Source: Candidatus Hydrothermarchaeales archaeon (lineage in GTDB: Archaea > Hydrothermarchaeota > Hydrothermarchaeia > Hydrothermarchaeales > JAZGAD01). From it: a stretch of 64,000 nucleotides of DNA. Shown here one piece after another: positions 49,035-59,764 of the stretch (positions are counted from its first letter, which is position 1; every line of letters begins with the position of its first letter). The notes beneath the pieces were generated by a model. The model saw nothing but the letters and a program-made list of their open reading frames with translations. It did no database searches and was not told where the DNA came from. Made by a program: the position numbers and the translations under genes. The stretch covers positions 10,424 to 74,423 of the forward strand of contig JAZGAD010000047.1 of assembly GCA_036444275.1 (NCBI GenBank), read 5' to 3'.

Positions 49035-49184
49035 ACCAGTTCCTTCTGACCTTGAGACCTATGTGTTTCAGAGACTAGGATACTTAAATTTTGCCTCCAC
49101 TTCACTTGCTACTCACGTCCAAAAAGATTTAAATATTTGAAGTATATTTTTGAAGTTATAACAGAGTAACTGTGAGGTGTTGAT

Positions 49185-49514
49185 TTGGCAAACGTTTGGT
49201 TGATAGCAGATTTTGTGTTGATAGCACTCTCCATAGTCTTTGGGCTGCAAGCGATTGTCAAGTTCAAAAACAGCGACATAAATAGTGTGTTTAAAACGCT
49301 CAATAATAAAAAAAGACATAAAACGAGCCTTCTTTATTCAACGATATTTCTGGGCATAACCTTCGTCGCTATTGGTATAATCCAGGGTTTCAGATATGTT
49401 ATGGAGATCGAAGTCGCATTCCGGGATTTAATCTTTACCTTATTCTATCTATCCTTTTTAGCGATAACCTACTCTTGGTATGCACTGCTCAAGGAAGTAC
49501 CGGCAACCAACTGA
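49185..49514 (+). CDS. Hypothetical 3-TM membrane protein
   Basis: GAGGTG RBS before TTG; three hydrophobic segments. Confidence 0.6.
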   Translation: MANVWLIADFVLIALSIVFGLQAIVKFKNSDINSVFKTLNNKKRHKTSLLYSTIFLGITFVAIGIIQGFRYVMEIEVAFRDLIFTLFYLSFLAITYSWYALLKEVPATN

Positions 49515-49860
49515 CTTCTATTACTTATTCTTTTATCATAGCCGTCTGAAAAGCTGGAGAAATAGAGGGGATTTACAATACACTATATAGATGTACAATG
49601 TAATATAGAAAATATCAGCCTCCGCCCTCAACCCAGACCATAAAAGGTGGCATACACCATCAGGAAGAAGGAGGATACGACGAAGAGGAGGGCAATCTGT
49701 AGAAAGTGTTCATGGTGCCTACTCATGAAGTAATGGACCCTATTGGGCATATAATACCGGTAGGCAGTATTTCTAAACATCTTTATCAATACAAAGTCAG
49801 CACTGAGAATATTAAGAATATGGTTTACATATTTGCTTTAAATTGATACACAGGGATTGT

Positions 49861-51132
49861 TCACTGATTTTTCTGCAGTTGCTCCAAGACCTCTCTGGCT
49901 CGATCAATGCGCACCTTTTTTTCCCGCAGCAGCACCTCTGCGACTTCATCAATAAGTTCTTCCTCGGCTCCAGCCATAACCGCTATATTCCTAGCATGAA
50001 GCGCCATGTGCCCCTTCTGTATCCCTTCTGTTGCAAGAACACGGAGAGCAGCTAGGTTCTGGGCTAGGCCGACTGACGCCATTACCTCTGCCAACTCCAC
50101 TGCTGATTTCACCCCCAGAATCTTAATATTCGCTTTTGCAACCGGGTGAACTGCTGTAGCTCCACCTACCAGACCTACTGCTATGGGAAGCTCTATTTTG
50201 GCTAATATATCTCCATCAGCGTTCTTTTCATAGGTGGTAAGCGGGCTGTATCCACCCTTTATGGCGGCATATGCATGGGCTCCAGATTCTAGGGCACGAG
50301 TGTCATTTCCAGTCGCCAGCACCACAGCAGTGATGCCGTTCATTATCCCTTTGTTATGAGTGGCGCATCTGTAGGGATCAGATGCAGCGAGGGCATATGC
50401 AGTGAGGATGGCATCTACTACTTCCCTACCCCCTAATGCTTCCTTGGAGAATGTTGCTTCTGCTTTTGCTAGGCGGTGGACCGCTAGGTTCGATATGATT
50501 CTCAGATAGACCTTCCCCCCTGTCAACTCCTCAACATATGGTGCAACTGCTTCTGCCATGGTGTTTACGACATTAGCCCCCATAGCGTCTCTGCAGTCTA
50601 CAAGGAGGTGTAACACCAGCATTGGGCCAAGTGCTGTCTGCAGTTCTCTGATCTCAAGGTCCTTGGCTCCACCCCCCAGTTTTACAAGTAAGGGGTCCTG
50701 CTGGTTCGCTATCTCAATTATCCCTTCTTTGCTGGCTAGAACTGCATCTTTCGCCCTAGTAAGGTCTTTAAGACCGGATATCTGGATCTGGCCTATCATC
50801 ACAGGTTCTGTACTGCTGGCTGTAAACCCGCCCTTGTCTCTTGCCATCTTTGCTGCGTTGCTAGCTGCTGCTATCACCGAGGGTTCTTCTATGGCCATAG
50901 GCACGAGGTATTCCTTGCCGTTGATCAGGAAATTAGTGGCCACGCCTAAGGGCACCTCCATGGTACCAACGGCATTCTCCACCATCCTGTTTACCTGCTC
51001 TATCGTGAGTGCACCTGTACTCTCTATGGCTGCTGCTTCTTCATCTGTCAGACCGGCAAATTCCTTCACAAACTTTAGCCGTTCCCCAGGGCTGATTTTA
51101 TAGAAGCCTGGTATGCGCGAACTCCTAACCAT
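49861..51132 (-). CDS. mvaA: HMG-CoA reductase, class II (bacterial/degradative type)
   Basis: [37 protein letters not shown]. Confidence 0.93.
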   Translation of the reverse strand: MVRSSRIPGFYKISPGERLKFVKEFAGLTDEEAAAIESTGALTIEQVNRMVENAVGTMEVPLGVATNFLINGKEYLVPMAIEEPSVIAAASNAAKMARDKGGFTASSTEPVMIGQIQISGLKDLTRAKDAVLASKEGIIEIANQQDPLLVKLGGGAKDLEIRELQTALGPMLVLHLLVDCRDAMGANVVNTMAEAVAPYVEELTGGKVYLRIISNLAVHRLAKAEATFSKEALGGREVVDAILTAYALAASDPYRCATHNKGIMNGITAVVLATGNDTRALESGAHAYAAIKGGYSPLTTYEKNADGDILAKIELPIAVGLVGGATAVHPVAKANIKILGVKSAVELAEVMASVGLAQNLAALRVLATEGIQKGHMALHARNIAVMAGAEEELIDEVAEVLLREKKVRIDRAREVLEQLQKNQ

Positions 51133-51213
51133 ATTTTTATTAAATAACGGAAAGCATATAATAATCTTGTGAAACTGATTGGTGTCCCCTCCTGTGCTTC
51201 TGTCCAATCCAAA

Positions 51214-52521
51214 CTACTTTTTCAGCCTCTCTGGTACTCTCTGCTTGGCTAACAAGTCATCAAGAGTTTCTCTCTCCCTTATTAACTCGTATTCGCCTTT
51301 GCAGACTAAAATCTCGGCAGGCCTAGGCCTTAGATTGTACTGTGAGGCCATTGCAATACAGTATGCACCGGCATCCAAAAACGCGAGTATATCACCCTCC
51401 TCAACCTTAGGCAACTTCCTATCTCTTGCTAGGATATCCCCTGTTTCGCAGACATCACCTGCTATGTCGACCGCTTCTTCACCTCCAGCTTTCATCTTAT
51501 TCGCCACTATCACCTCGTGGTATGCATTATACAGGAACGGCCTTGGAAAGACACTGAACCCAGCGTCCACGCCTATGAACTTCTTATAGGGTGTCTGCTT
51601 AATCGTGCTCACTCTCGTCAGCATCACCGCTGAGTCGCCGACTATATACCTACCGGGCTCTAAGTAGAGCACAGGCTCCTTCAACCCATAGTCCTCGATC
51701 TTCTCTCGTAATATAGGGACCAGCGCCTCAGCTAAATCTCTCGGCGTAATATACTCCTTGCTTTCTTCGTACCGGATTCCTAGGCCCCCACCTAAGTCGA
51801 CGAACTCCAAGTCTAAGCCGAGTTCTTTTTTCAGGTTCCCAGCAATATCGAGGAGCTTTACAGTCGCCTCTTTGTAGGGCGATACCTCCGTGATCTGGGA
51901 GCCTATATGCATGTGAATCCCTAGAATTCTAAACCCAAGGTCCCGTGCCTCTTTGTATGCCTTTAGAGCTTCCTCTTCGTGAATCCCAAACTTGCTCTCC
52001 TTTAAACCGGTTGCAAGATGGGGATGGGTCTTTGGAGAGACCGAGGGATTTATTCTGAAGGAGACGCCAGCGTTCTTATTCTTCTTGGAACAAATCCTCT
52101 TGAGCCTTCGGAGTTCATGAAGCGCATCTATATTTATCGTAATCCCGGCGTCTACCGCCAGCTCCAACTCCTCGTCTGTCTTGTTATTCCCTGTGAAGAT
52201 TATTTGCCCGGGCTTTAACCCGACGAGCAGCGCAGTCTTGATGTCGCCGTAGGAGAGCGCATCTGCACCGGCGCCCTCTCGCCTGAGTATATGACAGACC
52301 GATAGACTTGCATTGGCCTTGTAGGCATACCGGATCTCAACTTTCGGGTAGAGCGCCGTAAATGCGCCTAGAAACTCCTGGTAACGCTCTCTGATGCGTT
52401 CCTCATCAATAACGTAGAGAGGTGTTCCAAAGATACGTGCTAGCTCCAGGGTATCAATGCTGCCTATCGTTAAATTACCTTCCTTGTTCACCCCAAGGTG
52501 TGATCTGTAGTCGAGAATCAT
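51214..52521 (-). CDS. lysA: Diaminopimelate decarboxylase
   Basis: YAYKAN, SKFG, HIGSQ, EPGR, CETGD. Confidence 0.95.
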   Translation of the reverse strand: MILDYRSHLGVNKEGNLTIGSIDTLELARIFGTPLYVIDEERIRERYQEFLGAFTALYPKVEIRYAYKANASLSVCHILRREGAGADALSYGDIKTALLVGLKPGQIIFTGNNKTDEELELAVDAGITINIDALHELRRLKRICSKKNKNAGVSFRINPSVSPKTHPHLATGLKESKFGIHEEEALKAYKEARDLGFRILGIHMHIGSQITEVSPYKEATVKLLDIAGNLKKELGLDLEFVDLGGGLGIRYEESKEYITPRDLAEALVPILREKIEDYGLKEPVLYLEPGRYIVGDSAVMLTRVSTIKQTPYKKFIGVDAGFSVFPRPFLYNAYHEVIVANKMKAGGEEAVDIAGDVCETGDILARDRKLPKVEEGDILAFLDAGAYCIAMASQYNLRPRPAEILVCKGEYELIRERETLDDLLAKQRVPERLKK

Positions 52522-53663
52522 AGGACCCCCTCCAGTCTCTCCAATGCCTCCTTAATCCTCTCCACCGATTGGGTCAGAGAAAAGCGTATGTAGCCTTCTC
52601 CATGCGCGCCGAAGCCCACGCCAGGAGTGCATACCACGTCAGCTTCGCCCAATAGCTTGTCAGCGAAGGCAATAGAGCTTCCTGGAACTTCCACCCAGAG
52701 ATAGAAAGTAGCCTTAGGTTTCTCACACTGCATTCCCAGTCTAATCAAACCGTCAACGAGGACGTCCCTCCGCTTCTGGTATACCCTAATGTTTTCTTGG
52801 ACACATTCCTGGGAAGAGGTCAGCGCCGTTACCCCTGCCTCCTGTATTATCTGAGATGCCCCTGAGTCTATGTTGGCCTTCACTCTTCCAAAAGCCTCAA
52901 TGAACTCTTCACTGCCTACAGCATAGGCAATCCGCCAGCCTGTCATATTATATGTCTTGGAGAGGGAGTCGAAGACTATACCTACTTCCCTAGAGTTCTT
53001 GACCTCAAAAAGGGACACAGGATTATAGCCGAAAGCTATCTTGGAGTATGCTTCATCAGAGCATAGCACGATCTCATTATCGATTGCGAAGTCCACCACC
53101 TCCTTGTAGAATTCCATTCCAGCCACAGAGGCGGTAGGATTATTAGGATAGTTGATCCACATCAGCTTGGCCCTCCTAGCAACTTCCTTTGGTATAGCAT
53201 TCAGATCTGGTAGGAAGGAGTTCTCTTTCAAAAGGGGCATAGCATGTGTCTCACCACCAGCGAACAATGCACCGGTCCTGTAGACAGGGTAGCCAGGGTC
53301 AGGGTAAAGCACCACGTCTCCAGGGTCGACGAAGGCGAAGTTGATGTTGTGAATCCCCTCCTTGGAGCCTATTAGGGTTAGGACTTCTCTCTCGGGGTCA
53401 AGCTCTACTCCGTAGTCCCTCTTATAGCGCTCTGCAACTGCCCTCCGAAACTTCAGCATGCCCTTATAGCTGGGATAACGGTGATTCTCAGGGTTATCAG
53501 CTGCCCCACAGCATGCCTCTACTATGTGTCTCGGAGTAGGCAGATCAGGGTCCCCAACACCGAGGTCTATTACGTCTTCCCCTCTTTCAAGCGTCTCCTC
53601 GATCTTCCTGTCCAACTCAGCAAAGAGATACGGTGGAAGATCCCTAATCCTATGAGCAAACAT
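52518..53663 (-). CDS. dapL: LL-diaminopimelate aminotransferase (class I PLP)
   Basis: LPPYLFA, NYPNNPT, SLSKTYNMTGWR; coupled to lysA. Confidence 0.8.
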   Translation of the reverse strand: MFAHRIRDLPPYLFAELDRKIEETLERGEDVIDLGVGDPDLPTPRHIVEACCGAADNPENHRYPSYKGMLKFRRAVAERYKRDYGVELDPEREVLTLIGSKEGIHNINFAFVDPGDVVLYPDPGYPVYRTGALFAGGETHAMPLLKENSFLPDLNAIPKEVARRAKLMWINYPNNPTASVAGMEFYKEVVDFAIDNEIVLCSDEAYSKIAFGYNPVSLFEVKNSREVGIVFDSLSKTYNMTGWRIAYAVGSEEFIEAFGRVKANIDSGASQIIQEAGVTALTSSQECVQENIRVYQKRRDVLVDGLIRLGMQCEKPKATFYLWVEVPGSSIAFADKLLGEADVVCTPGVGFGAHGEGYIRFSLTQSVERIKEALERLEGVL

Positions 53664-53724
53664 AAACTGGCTACTGGTTCCATAACTTAAATAAATTCCG
53701 TCAAAAAGAAAAACAGAATCTATT

Positions 53725-54792
53725 TTACGGCTCTAGCTCCTCTTGGTACTTTGCCTTCAGCTTCTTGTATACGCTCTCTCTGATCAGGCCTTTCTCATAG
53801 TTTTTGTCAAGCCTACTCAAAGTGGCCTTGATCGCTTTCCTCTTAGCATCCATGGGTGTAGGAGCAATGGTTTCGTCTCCGTAGGTCAGCTCCACTAACT
53901 CCTTCAAACCAGAGGCAGCCTTTGCTCCTCGCTCCTCCAGCGGCCTGCCCTTCCTAGCTACGCCTATCGGTGCCTTCGCTTTAGCTCTAGTGCTGGCGCT
54001 AGGTACTTCTACTCTTCTACCGAATCCAAAGATTCTTTTGATCCTTGTTATAAGCCTCTCCAATATCCCTGGGACGTACTTCACTCCCACGAGGGCAGCT
54101 GCCAGCCTCTTAAATTCCTTCGCAGCCGGCGAGTTAGGCTTGTTTAGCACCACTGGAGAGCCTACGGCTATACTCTCTCTAACATTGGGATCCTCAGGCA
54201 CCACTGCTATAACAGGGGCATCGAATACGAGTTCCACCTCCATAGGCGATAGCTCATACTTTTCCCCCCGTACCATGTTCAGGACCATGCCCCTTATGGG
54301 CACGTTTGCCCTTGTAGCGGTTACTATTGCCTTCAATGCCTGTGTTATCGCCGGTATATCTAGGTTGGTTACGATGAGCACTTCGTCGCATAGATCTAAA
54401 GTGGGAACTATGTCCCTGCCCAATCCAGGAGGCGAGTCAACAAGGATGATTTCGTATTCCCCGCTCAATTCTTCCAAGAAGTCTCTAAGGCCCTCTAATT
54501 GTGCTTCTCCACCTACGGTTAAGGGAGAGGGAAGGACTTCCACCCCAGATACGTGTTGCTGCATCGCGGATTCAATAGGGATCTTCCTATCCAAGACCTC
54601 CTTAAGAGTCTTATCGAAACTATAAATCCCTAGGTGTAAGGCGAGATCCGGAGTAGTGGGATTACCGTCTATGAGGGCTACTCTCCTAGCGAATTCAGAT
54701 GCCAATGCGGTTCCGACATTCGCAGCTGTTGTGGTCTTGCCTACACCCCCTTTTCCTGAGATTACCCCTATTACGTTCACTTCAGCCACCAA
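53725..54792 (-). CDS. MinD/ParA-family ATPase with long C-terminal extension
   Basis: SGKGGVGKTT deviant Walker A; DSPPG; C-terminal LDKNYEKGLIRESVYKKLK. Confidence 0.88.
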   Translation of the reverse strand: MVAEVNVIGVISGKGGVGKTTTAANVGTALASEFARRVALIDGNPTTPDLALHLGIYSFDKTLKEVLDRKIPIESAMQQHVSGVEVLPSPLTVGGEAQLEGLRDFLEELSGEYEIILVDSPPGLGRDIVPTLDLCDEVLIVTNLDIPAITQALKAIVTATRANVPIRGMVLNMVRGEKYELSPMEVELVFDAPVIAVVPEDPNVRESIAVGSPVVLNKPNSPAAKEFKRLAAALVGVKYVPGILERLITRIKRIFGFGRRVEVPSASTRAKAKAPIGVARKGRPLEERGAKAASGLKELVELTYGDETIAPTPMDAKRKAIKATLSRLDKNYEKGLIRESVYKKLKAKYQEELEP

Positions 54793-56677
54793 CTTCCTTC
54801 TTAAGCTGCCTAAGCAAGGCTATGTTCTCTTGTCTATATGCGTTTCTCCTCCTGTTATAGAGGCGCATCCTTCCTTTTAGTATGTTTTTAAGGGGCGCCA
54901 AGCTGAAAGAGATGCTTAATCCCGAAGGGGGTTGGATGTTGAGGTCCTGCCAGGGCGTCCTCTCTCCTCTGGCTTCTCCCTTGAGGTGTTTAAGTAATTT
55001 TACCTTCTCCATCCTATAAATCCGCTTCGATCTACTCACGAGGGCTATAGCAGTCATTGCCAATAGAACCGCTATGCCGAGTTGCACTAATAGGGCGCGC
55101 TTCACCTTAGGCAAGCGGGGTAACGTAGGTAACGTGGGTAATGTAAATGGCCATAGCGGTGCTTCTTCCACTATCTCTGGCTGTGCTTCTTCGATCTTTT
55201 CTTCTGGAACTTTTTCTTCTGGTACTACAGGCTTTTTTGGAGTCACAACTACCGGGATTGAGTCGCCATAGGAATGATAGAGGACACCACGGGGGTCTCT
55301 ATAGCCTACACTTAGCGTAGGAATCTTATAGGTGGTGATCTCTTCTGCCCCCTGGGCATGTATGGTATATGAGATTGAACTAAATTCTCCCGGCATTAAT
55401 TCCCCTACCCACTCACTCTCCCCCCCAACAATCTTAAGCCCTTCGGGTGTACTATCCATCAGCCTTATTCCGATGGCTTCTTCTCCTCCTATATTCGTGA
55501 CTTCTATCCTGATAGTGGCATAGTCGTCCACCATCAACTCTTGACTAGTTATTGTCCTAGTAACTTTTAGGTTAGGTGGTTCAGGGGCTTTTTTCTCTTC
55601 TTCTCCAGAAGGGGCTCGGATATTGAGGAAGTACACCTTATTGTCATAGGACCCGGCAGCCACCCGCTCTCCATCAACGGACATTGCCACCGAAGTAACC
55701 CTTGACCCAGCTCCATATTTTCCTAAAAGAATGCCGCTTGAATCCAAGACATAGATATTATTATCCACGGACGCAGCTGCAATCTTACTTCCATCAGCGG
55801 AGAGGGCGACATCCCAAATCTCCCCCCCGGTCTCATAGCGTCCGGTTAAAACACCCGGGGCGGAGGCTCCAGGTCCTCGAACAAGTTGGAATATGTATAC
55901 TTTGCCGTCTTGAGAGCCGACTGCGAAATACTCTCCACCTGCCGAAATATCGACGCTTAATACATTGCTACTGAGTCGGTATTTTCCAAGCAGTCTCCCA
56001 TCGGAATCAAAGGTGTAGACCCGGTTGTCATGGGACCCGGCCACTATGTAGCGGCCATCATCAGAAATAGCTACAGTACCTACTATACCCTCAGTCTTGT
56101 AGTTCCACAATAGGTTGCCCTTAGAGTCAAGAAAATATATGCTGTAATCCCAAGAGCCGGCTACCACATATTCTCCATCGGCAGAAGTAGCAACTGAGAG
56201 GACATCATCCCCGGTGCGATACTTCCATAGGAGTTTGCCATCTTGTAGGAAATAGATGTTGTCGTCATAGGATCCAGCTGCAACGTAGCGCCCGTCTTTA
56301 GAGATGTCGACAGACCAAACAGTATCCTTAGCAGGATATTTCCAGAGCAGGGACCCCGTAACGTCCAAAAAGTAAATGTTGTTGTCCCCGGATCCAGCGG
56401 CGATATATTCAGCGCCGGACGAGGTAGCCACAGACCAAATTGAGTCCTCGGTCTCATATTCCCAGATCATATTACCTCTTGAATCAAAGAAGTATATGTT
56501 GTGATCCCAGGACCCGGCCACTACGTACTCCCCTCGCTGCGAAGTTGCCACTGCCCATATCCCTGATCCGCTCTCAAAGCTCCAGAAGAGCATCAGTTCT
56601 TCAGCATAAGCTATAGGGAATACTAGCAATGCTGCTACTAGGAGTACTATAACCAGTACTACTCTTACCTTTTTCAT
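54782..56677 (-). CDS. Secreted WD40/PQQ beta-propeller + Ig-like domain, single TM, cytoplasmic tail
   Basis: Repeated VA.S.DG.YVVAGS.D..IYF.D..G.LLW.Y; PNLKVTR...TNIG Ig-like segment; TM near the C-terminus. Confidence 0.85.
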   Translation of the reverse strand: MKKVRVVLVIVLLVAALLVFPIAYAEELMLFWSFESGSGIWAVATSQRGEYVVAGSWDHNIYFFDSRGNMIWEYETEDSIWSVATSSGAEYIAAGSGDNNIYFLDVTGSLLWKYPAKDTVWSVDISKDGRYVAAGSYDDNIYFLQDGKLLWKYRTGDDVLSVATSADGEYVVAGSWDYSIYFLDSKGNLLWNYKTEGIVGTVAISDDGRYIVAGSHDNRVYTFDSDGRLLGKYRLSSNVLSVDISAGGEYFAVGSQDGKVYIFQLVRGPGASAPGVLTGRYETGGEIWDVALSADGSKIAAASVDNNIYVLDSSGILLGKYGAGSRVTSVAMSVDGERVAAGSYDNKVYFLNIRAPSGEEEKKAPEPPNLKVTRTITSQELMVDDYATIRIEVTNIGGEEAIGIRLMDSTPEGLKIVGGESEWVGELMPGEFSSISYTIHAQGAEEITTYKIPTLSVGYRDPRGVLYHSYGDSIPVVVTPKKPVVPEEKVPEEKIEEAQPEIVEEAPLWPFTLPTLPTLPRLPKVKRALLVQLGIAVLLAMTAIALVSRSKRIYRMEKVKLLKHLKGEARGERTPWQDLNIQPPSGLSISFSLAPLKNILKGRMRLYNRRRNAYRQENIALLRQLKKEVGG

Positions 56678-56742
56678 TTTTGAATCCTTTCAATATTCTT
56701 TGAATTTTTCACTGCATTATAAACCTTATTAGGGTATACGCC

Positions 56743-58128
56743 CTAGGATAGAAGCCTCCTGATCGTTTGATACAGCTTAGAGATAATCTCTATCTCTACC
56801 ATGAACTTTGGCATGGTTAAGAATCCCTGTATTTCAGCCACTGCATCGTCGTTTACTCCTACGAATACCACCTTCAGTTTTTTACCTCCAGAGGTCACCT
56901 TGTGGTCTAGAATGAATTTCTTAACCGTAGAGGGTACCCTCGCACCGTCTACATAGAGGAGAGGCGCCTTATACTCTGCCGAGACCATGAGTGCATCCGC
57001 GCTGGGAGCATTTCCATCGGTTACCACCACCACCTCTGGATCCTCGACCATTCCTGCGAGTTCCACGGCAGTCTCATAGCGGGATTCTCCCCAGATACGC
57101 TCTACTCTTGCTAACTTCGCCAAGTTCGCTTCAACATCATAGGAGACTGCAACCGGACCTCCAGCGATTATTATCTTATCTGGATCCAACTTCTTCAAGG
57201 CGCCGAGTGTGGCATCGGGGAGCTCCCCGGGCTTGGTTAAGAGTATGGGGATCCCTTGGGATTTTGCAAAGGCAACAGCTGCCATAGAGTCCACAAGTAG
57301 GTCGCCTCTAGCTATTATCACTGCCTTGCTAGAGAGATACCTCTGCATAACCGCCTTGGCAGAGCTCTCATATATCTCGGGCGATGGCATTTCCAGGGGG
57401 CGTGGTAAAGCAGCTTGAACTATGGGATTGCTGGGTATCAAGTACTTACCGACCAGTGCCAGCGAAGCAGCGATTGGTGTCGGCAAAAGATAGAAGGGAC
57501 CTACCTTTAGTCTGCGCTCCTCCAAAATGCATCTGGAAAGTTCAGGACTCCAAATATTAATCGTTTTCGTAAAACAAGGAGGCGGAGTCGGCACAGCAGG
57601 AGCTCCCCCACCACCTGGTGGAGTGATGATGATTCTTTTTTTAACTATTGCAAAAGGTGATAAGGTGCTAACGCGTCCACAGATTTTGTCATTATCCGGG
57701 TCAACTTCGGTGGTGACGTCCATCCATGAAACCTCCCAGTGGAAAAGTTTGTGGTCTGATTGAACATCGATGTCTGTTATGCAAATAGTGATCTCTCCTT
57801 CCCAAGTGGCATTTGCCACTGAGATGTCGTAGTAGTGGCCCACGACTTGAAAATTGGATGGAAGGGGGTCGCCTAAAGGAGATGAGGTCTCGATAACTGT
57901 TGCTGTCCCACCACCCGTTATGTTTTCGAAAGTCATGGTCACGTCTTGATTTGGGAAATCCTTGGTTACGTTCCCGCCCTCAGTGACTACTACCGTAGTG
58001 TAATTCGCATCCAATGTCTCATTCCATCCAGTGCCAGGGGTTCCAGGTTCCCAGTTACCAAGCCCGAAAACGATGGCTAGGCTAAGCGTAGCGGTTAATA
58101 AGAAAGCCAGCAGAGCTTTTTTCCTCAT
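56743..58128 (-). CDS. Secreted protein with CW_binding_2 (cell wall-binding) repeats
   Basis: IIARGD...DS.A...A....PILLT; IAGGPVAVS; RIWGESRYETA. Confidence 0.82.
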   Translation of the reverse strand: MRKKALLAFLLTATLSLAIVFGLGNWEPGTPGTGWNETLDANYTTVVVTEGGNVTKDFPNQDVTMTFENITGGGTATVIETSSPLGDPLPSNFQVVGHYYDISVANATWEGEITICITDIDVQSDHKLFHWEVSWMDVTTEVDPDNDKICGRVSTLSPFAIVKKRIIITPPGGGGAPAVPTPPPCFTKTINIWSPELSRCILEERRLKVGPFYLLPTPIAASLALVGKYLIPSNPIVQAALPRPLEMPSPEIYESSAKAVMQRYLSSKAVIIARGDLLVDSMAAVAFAKSQGIPILLTKPGELPDATLGALKKLDPDKIIIAGGPVAVSYDVEANLAKLARVERIWGESRYETAVELAGMVEDPEVVVVTDGNAPSADALMVSAEYKAPLLYVDGARVPSTVKKFILDHKVTSGGKKLKVVFVGVNDDAVAEIQGFLTMPKFMVEIEIISKLYQTIRRLLS

Positions 58129-58244
58129 CTTTTGCTCCCCTTAATCTTATGATTTAAAAGATATATTAACGTTGGTGTAGATATCTTAACATCGACGTAG
58201 ATGATATTATGTTAATCACGTGTATATAACCTCAAAGAAAGCAG

Positions 58245-59015
58245 GTGTATTTATTGAAGTTGGCTACTCTCTTCATTATAGGGATAATCGTGAGCATCAC
58301 GGTGCTGGAATACATCTTCGTGTACACCAGCGTGTCCTATGGGATTCTTTTGGCTCTCTTTCTCACAATCGCTATTTACATCCTCATATCCCTGCCGGAA
58401 AAAGAGAACGAGATGATATTAGCGGCAGAATCTCTCGCCTTACTGCCGTTATACGTCCTCTTCACCTCCTCGCTGCCCTGGTTTTTCGTAAAGCAGAGCT
58501 ACCTACTACCAGCCATCTATACCATAATCCTCGGACTCTGTGCCTGGCACATTTACGATAGGGGGATAGGAATGCATGCATTGGGGCTCACCAGGGAGAA
58601 TGCAGTGAAGTATGCCCTTATGGGTGCCTTGATCGGGATCCCTACAGGCGCGATAGAGTATCTGGTCTTGAAGCCGAGCCCTGCTTTCCCTGCCTTCGAG
58701 ATTGCTTACTTCTTTAGAGATTTCGCGTACATGACTCTCTTCGTAGCCCTGGGAGAAGAGCTTCTGTTTAGGGCGATAGTCCAGCTGGATCTTCAGAAAG
58801 CCTTTGGAGATCGGAACGGATTGCTCATGGCTGCCTATCTCTTCGGAGTGATGCATCTCACCTGGCGCTCGCCTACCGAGCTTGCCTTTGCATTCTTCGC
58901 GGGCTATCTTCTAGGCTACATCTATTACAAGACCGGAAGCCTGATGGGGCCGATAATGCTTCATGGCATCAATAATACGATGTTAGTGGCAGTAATGCCC
59001 TATCTATTACGATGA
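58245..59015 (+). CDS. CPBP (CAAX/Abi) intramembrane glutamic protease
   Basis: EELLFR, FGVMH, HGINN motifs. Confidence 0.9.
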   Translation: MYLLKLATLFIIGIIVSITVLEYIFVYTSVSYGILLALFLTIAIYILISLPEKENEMILAAESLALLPLYVLFTSSLPWFFVKQSYLLPAIYTIILGLCAWHIYDRGIGMHALGLTRENAVKYALMGALIGIPTGAIEYLVLKPSPAFPAFEIAYFFRDFAYMTLFVALGEELLFRAIVQLDLQKAFGDRNGLLMAAYLFGVMHLTWRSPTELAFAFFAGYLLGYIYYKTGSLMGPIMLHGINNTMLVAVMPYLLR

Positions 59016-59764
59016 TTGGAGTAAGAGTAGACATAGATGCCGTAGGGGATATCAAAGCGGTGCCCTCACTGCTGAACCTCTTTGACGAACATGATATACG
59101 AGCATCTTTCTTCATCGCATTTGGACCCGATAGGGTTGGTAGGAACCTCTTCAAATACATACAAAGACCGTGGGATATTCCGAAGGCAAAGCCCGGGCGC
59201 TATGGATTTGGCAACCTCCTTCGCAGTTTCTTCAATCCGCAGATCATCGAAGGGTACAAAACCCAACTCATCGAGATAGAGAAGCGGGGTCATGAAGTAG
59301 GGCTCCACGGCTATGACCACTACAACTGGGTCAGGGAAAAAAGGGATATACAGAAAGGCTTGGAATCCTTTAGAGAAGTGTTCGGGAAAAAGCCTAGGGC
59401 CTTCGCGTCCCCTGGATTCAAGACGAATTCAGAATATCTTCGTGCGTTGGACTGCTTCGGATTCGACTACGCCAGCGATTTCTTAGGTAGCGAACCCGTC
59501 TACCCACTTCTGAACGGAAAAAAAGCAGATACCATGCAGATCCCTGTGAGCATCAAGTCTATTGGTGAGCTCTCAATCAATGGGCAGTCAGATGAGCAGA
59601 TTCTGCGTTTGTATTCCCAAGGTATGGAGAATGAGTTCTTTACTTTTTACCTGCATCCATCCTATGAAGTGAACCATAATTACAGCCTCCTCTGCCGAGT
59701 CTTTCAAAAGGTAGGGAAAATGGGAACTGCAACCTTCAGCGAGATATGGAGGCAATGGAGATGA
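59012..59764 (+). CDS. Polysaccharide deacetylase (ArnD-like, NodB fold)
   Basis: RVDID, ASFF..GPDR.GR, HEVGLHGYDH. Confidence 0.85.
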   Translation: MIGVRVDIDAVGDIKAVPSLLNLFDEHDIRASFFIAFGPDRVGRNLFKYIQRPWDIPKAKPGRYGFGNLLRSFFNPQIIEGYKTQLIEIEKRGHEVGLHGYDHYNWVREKRDIQKGLESFREVFGKKPRAFASPGFKTNSEYLRALDCFGFDYASDFLGSEPVYPLLNGKKADTMQIPVSIKSIGELSINGQSDEQILRLYSQGMENEFFTFYLHPSYEVNHNYSLLCRVFQKVGKMGTATFSEIWRQWR

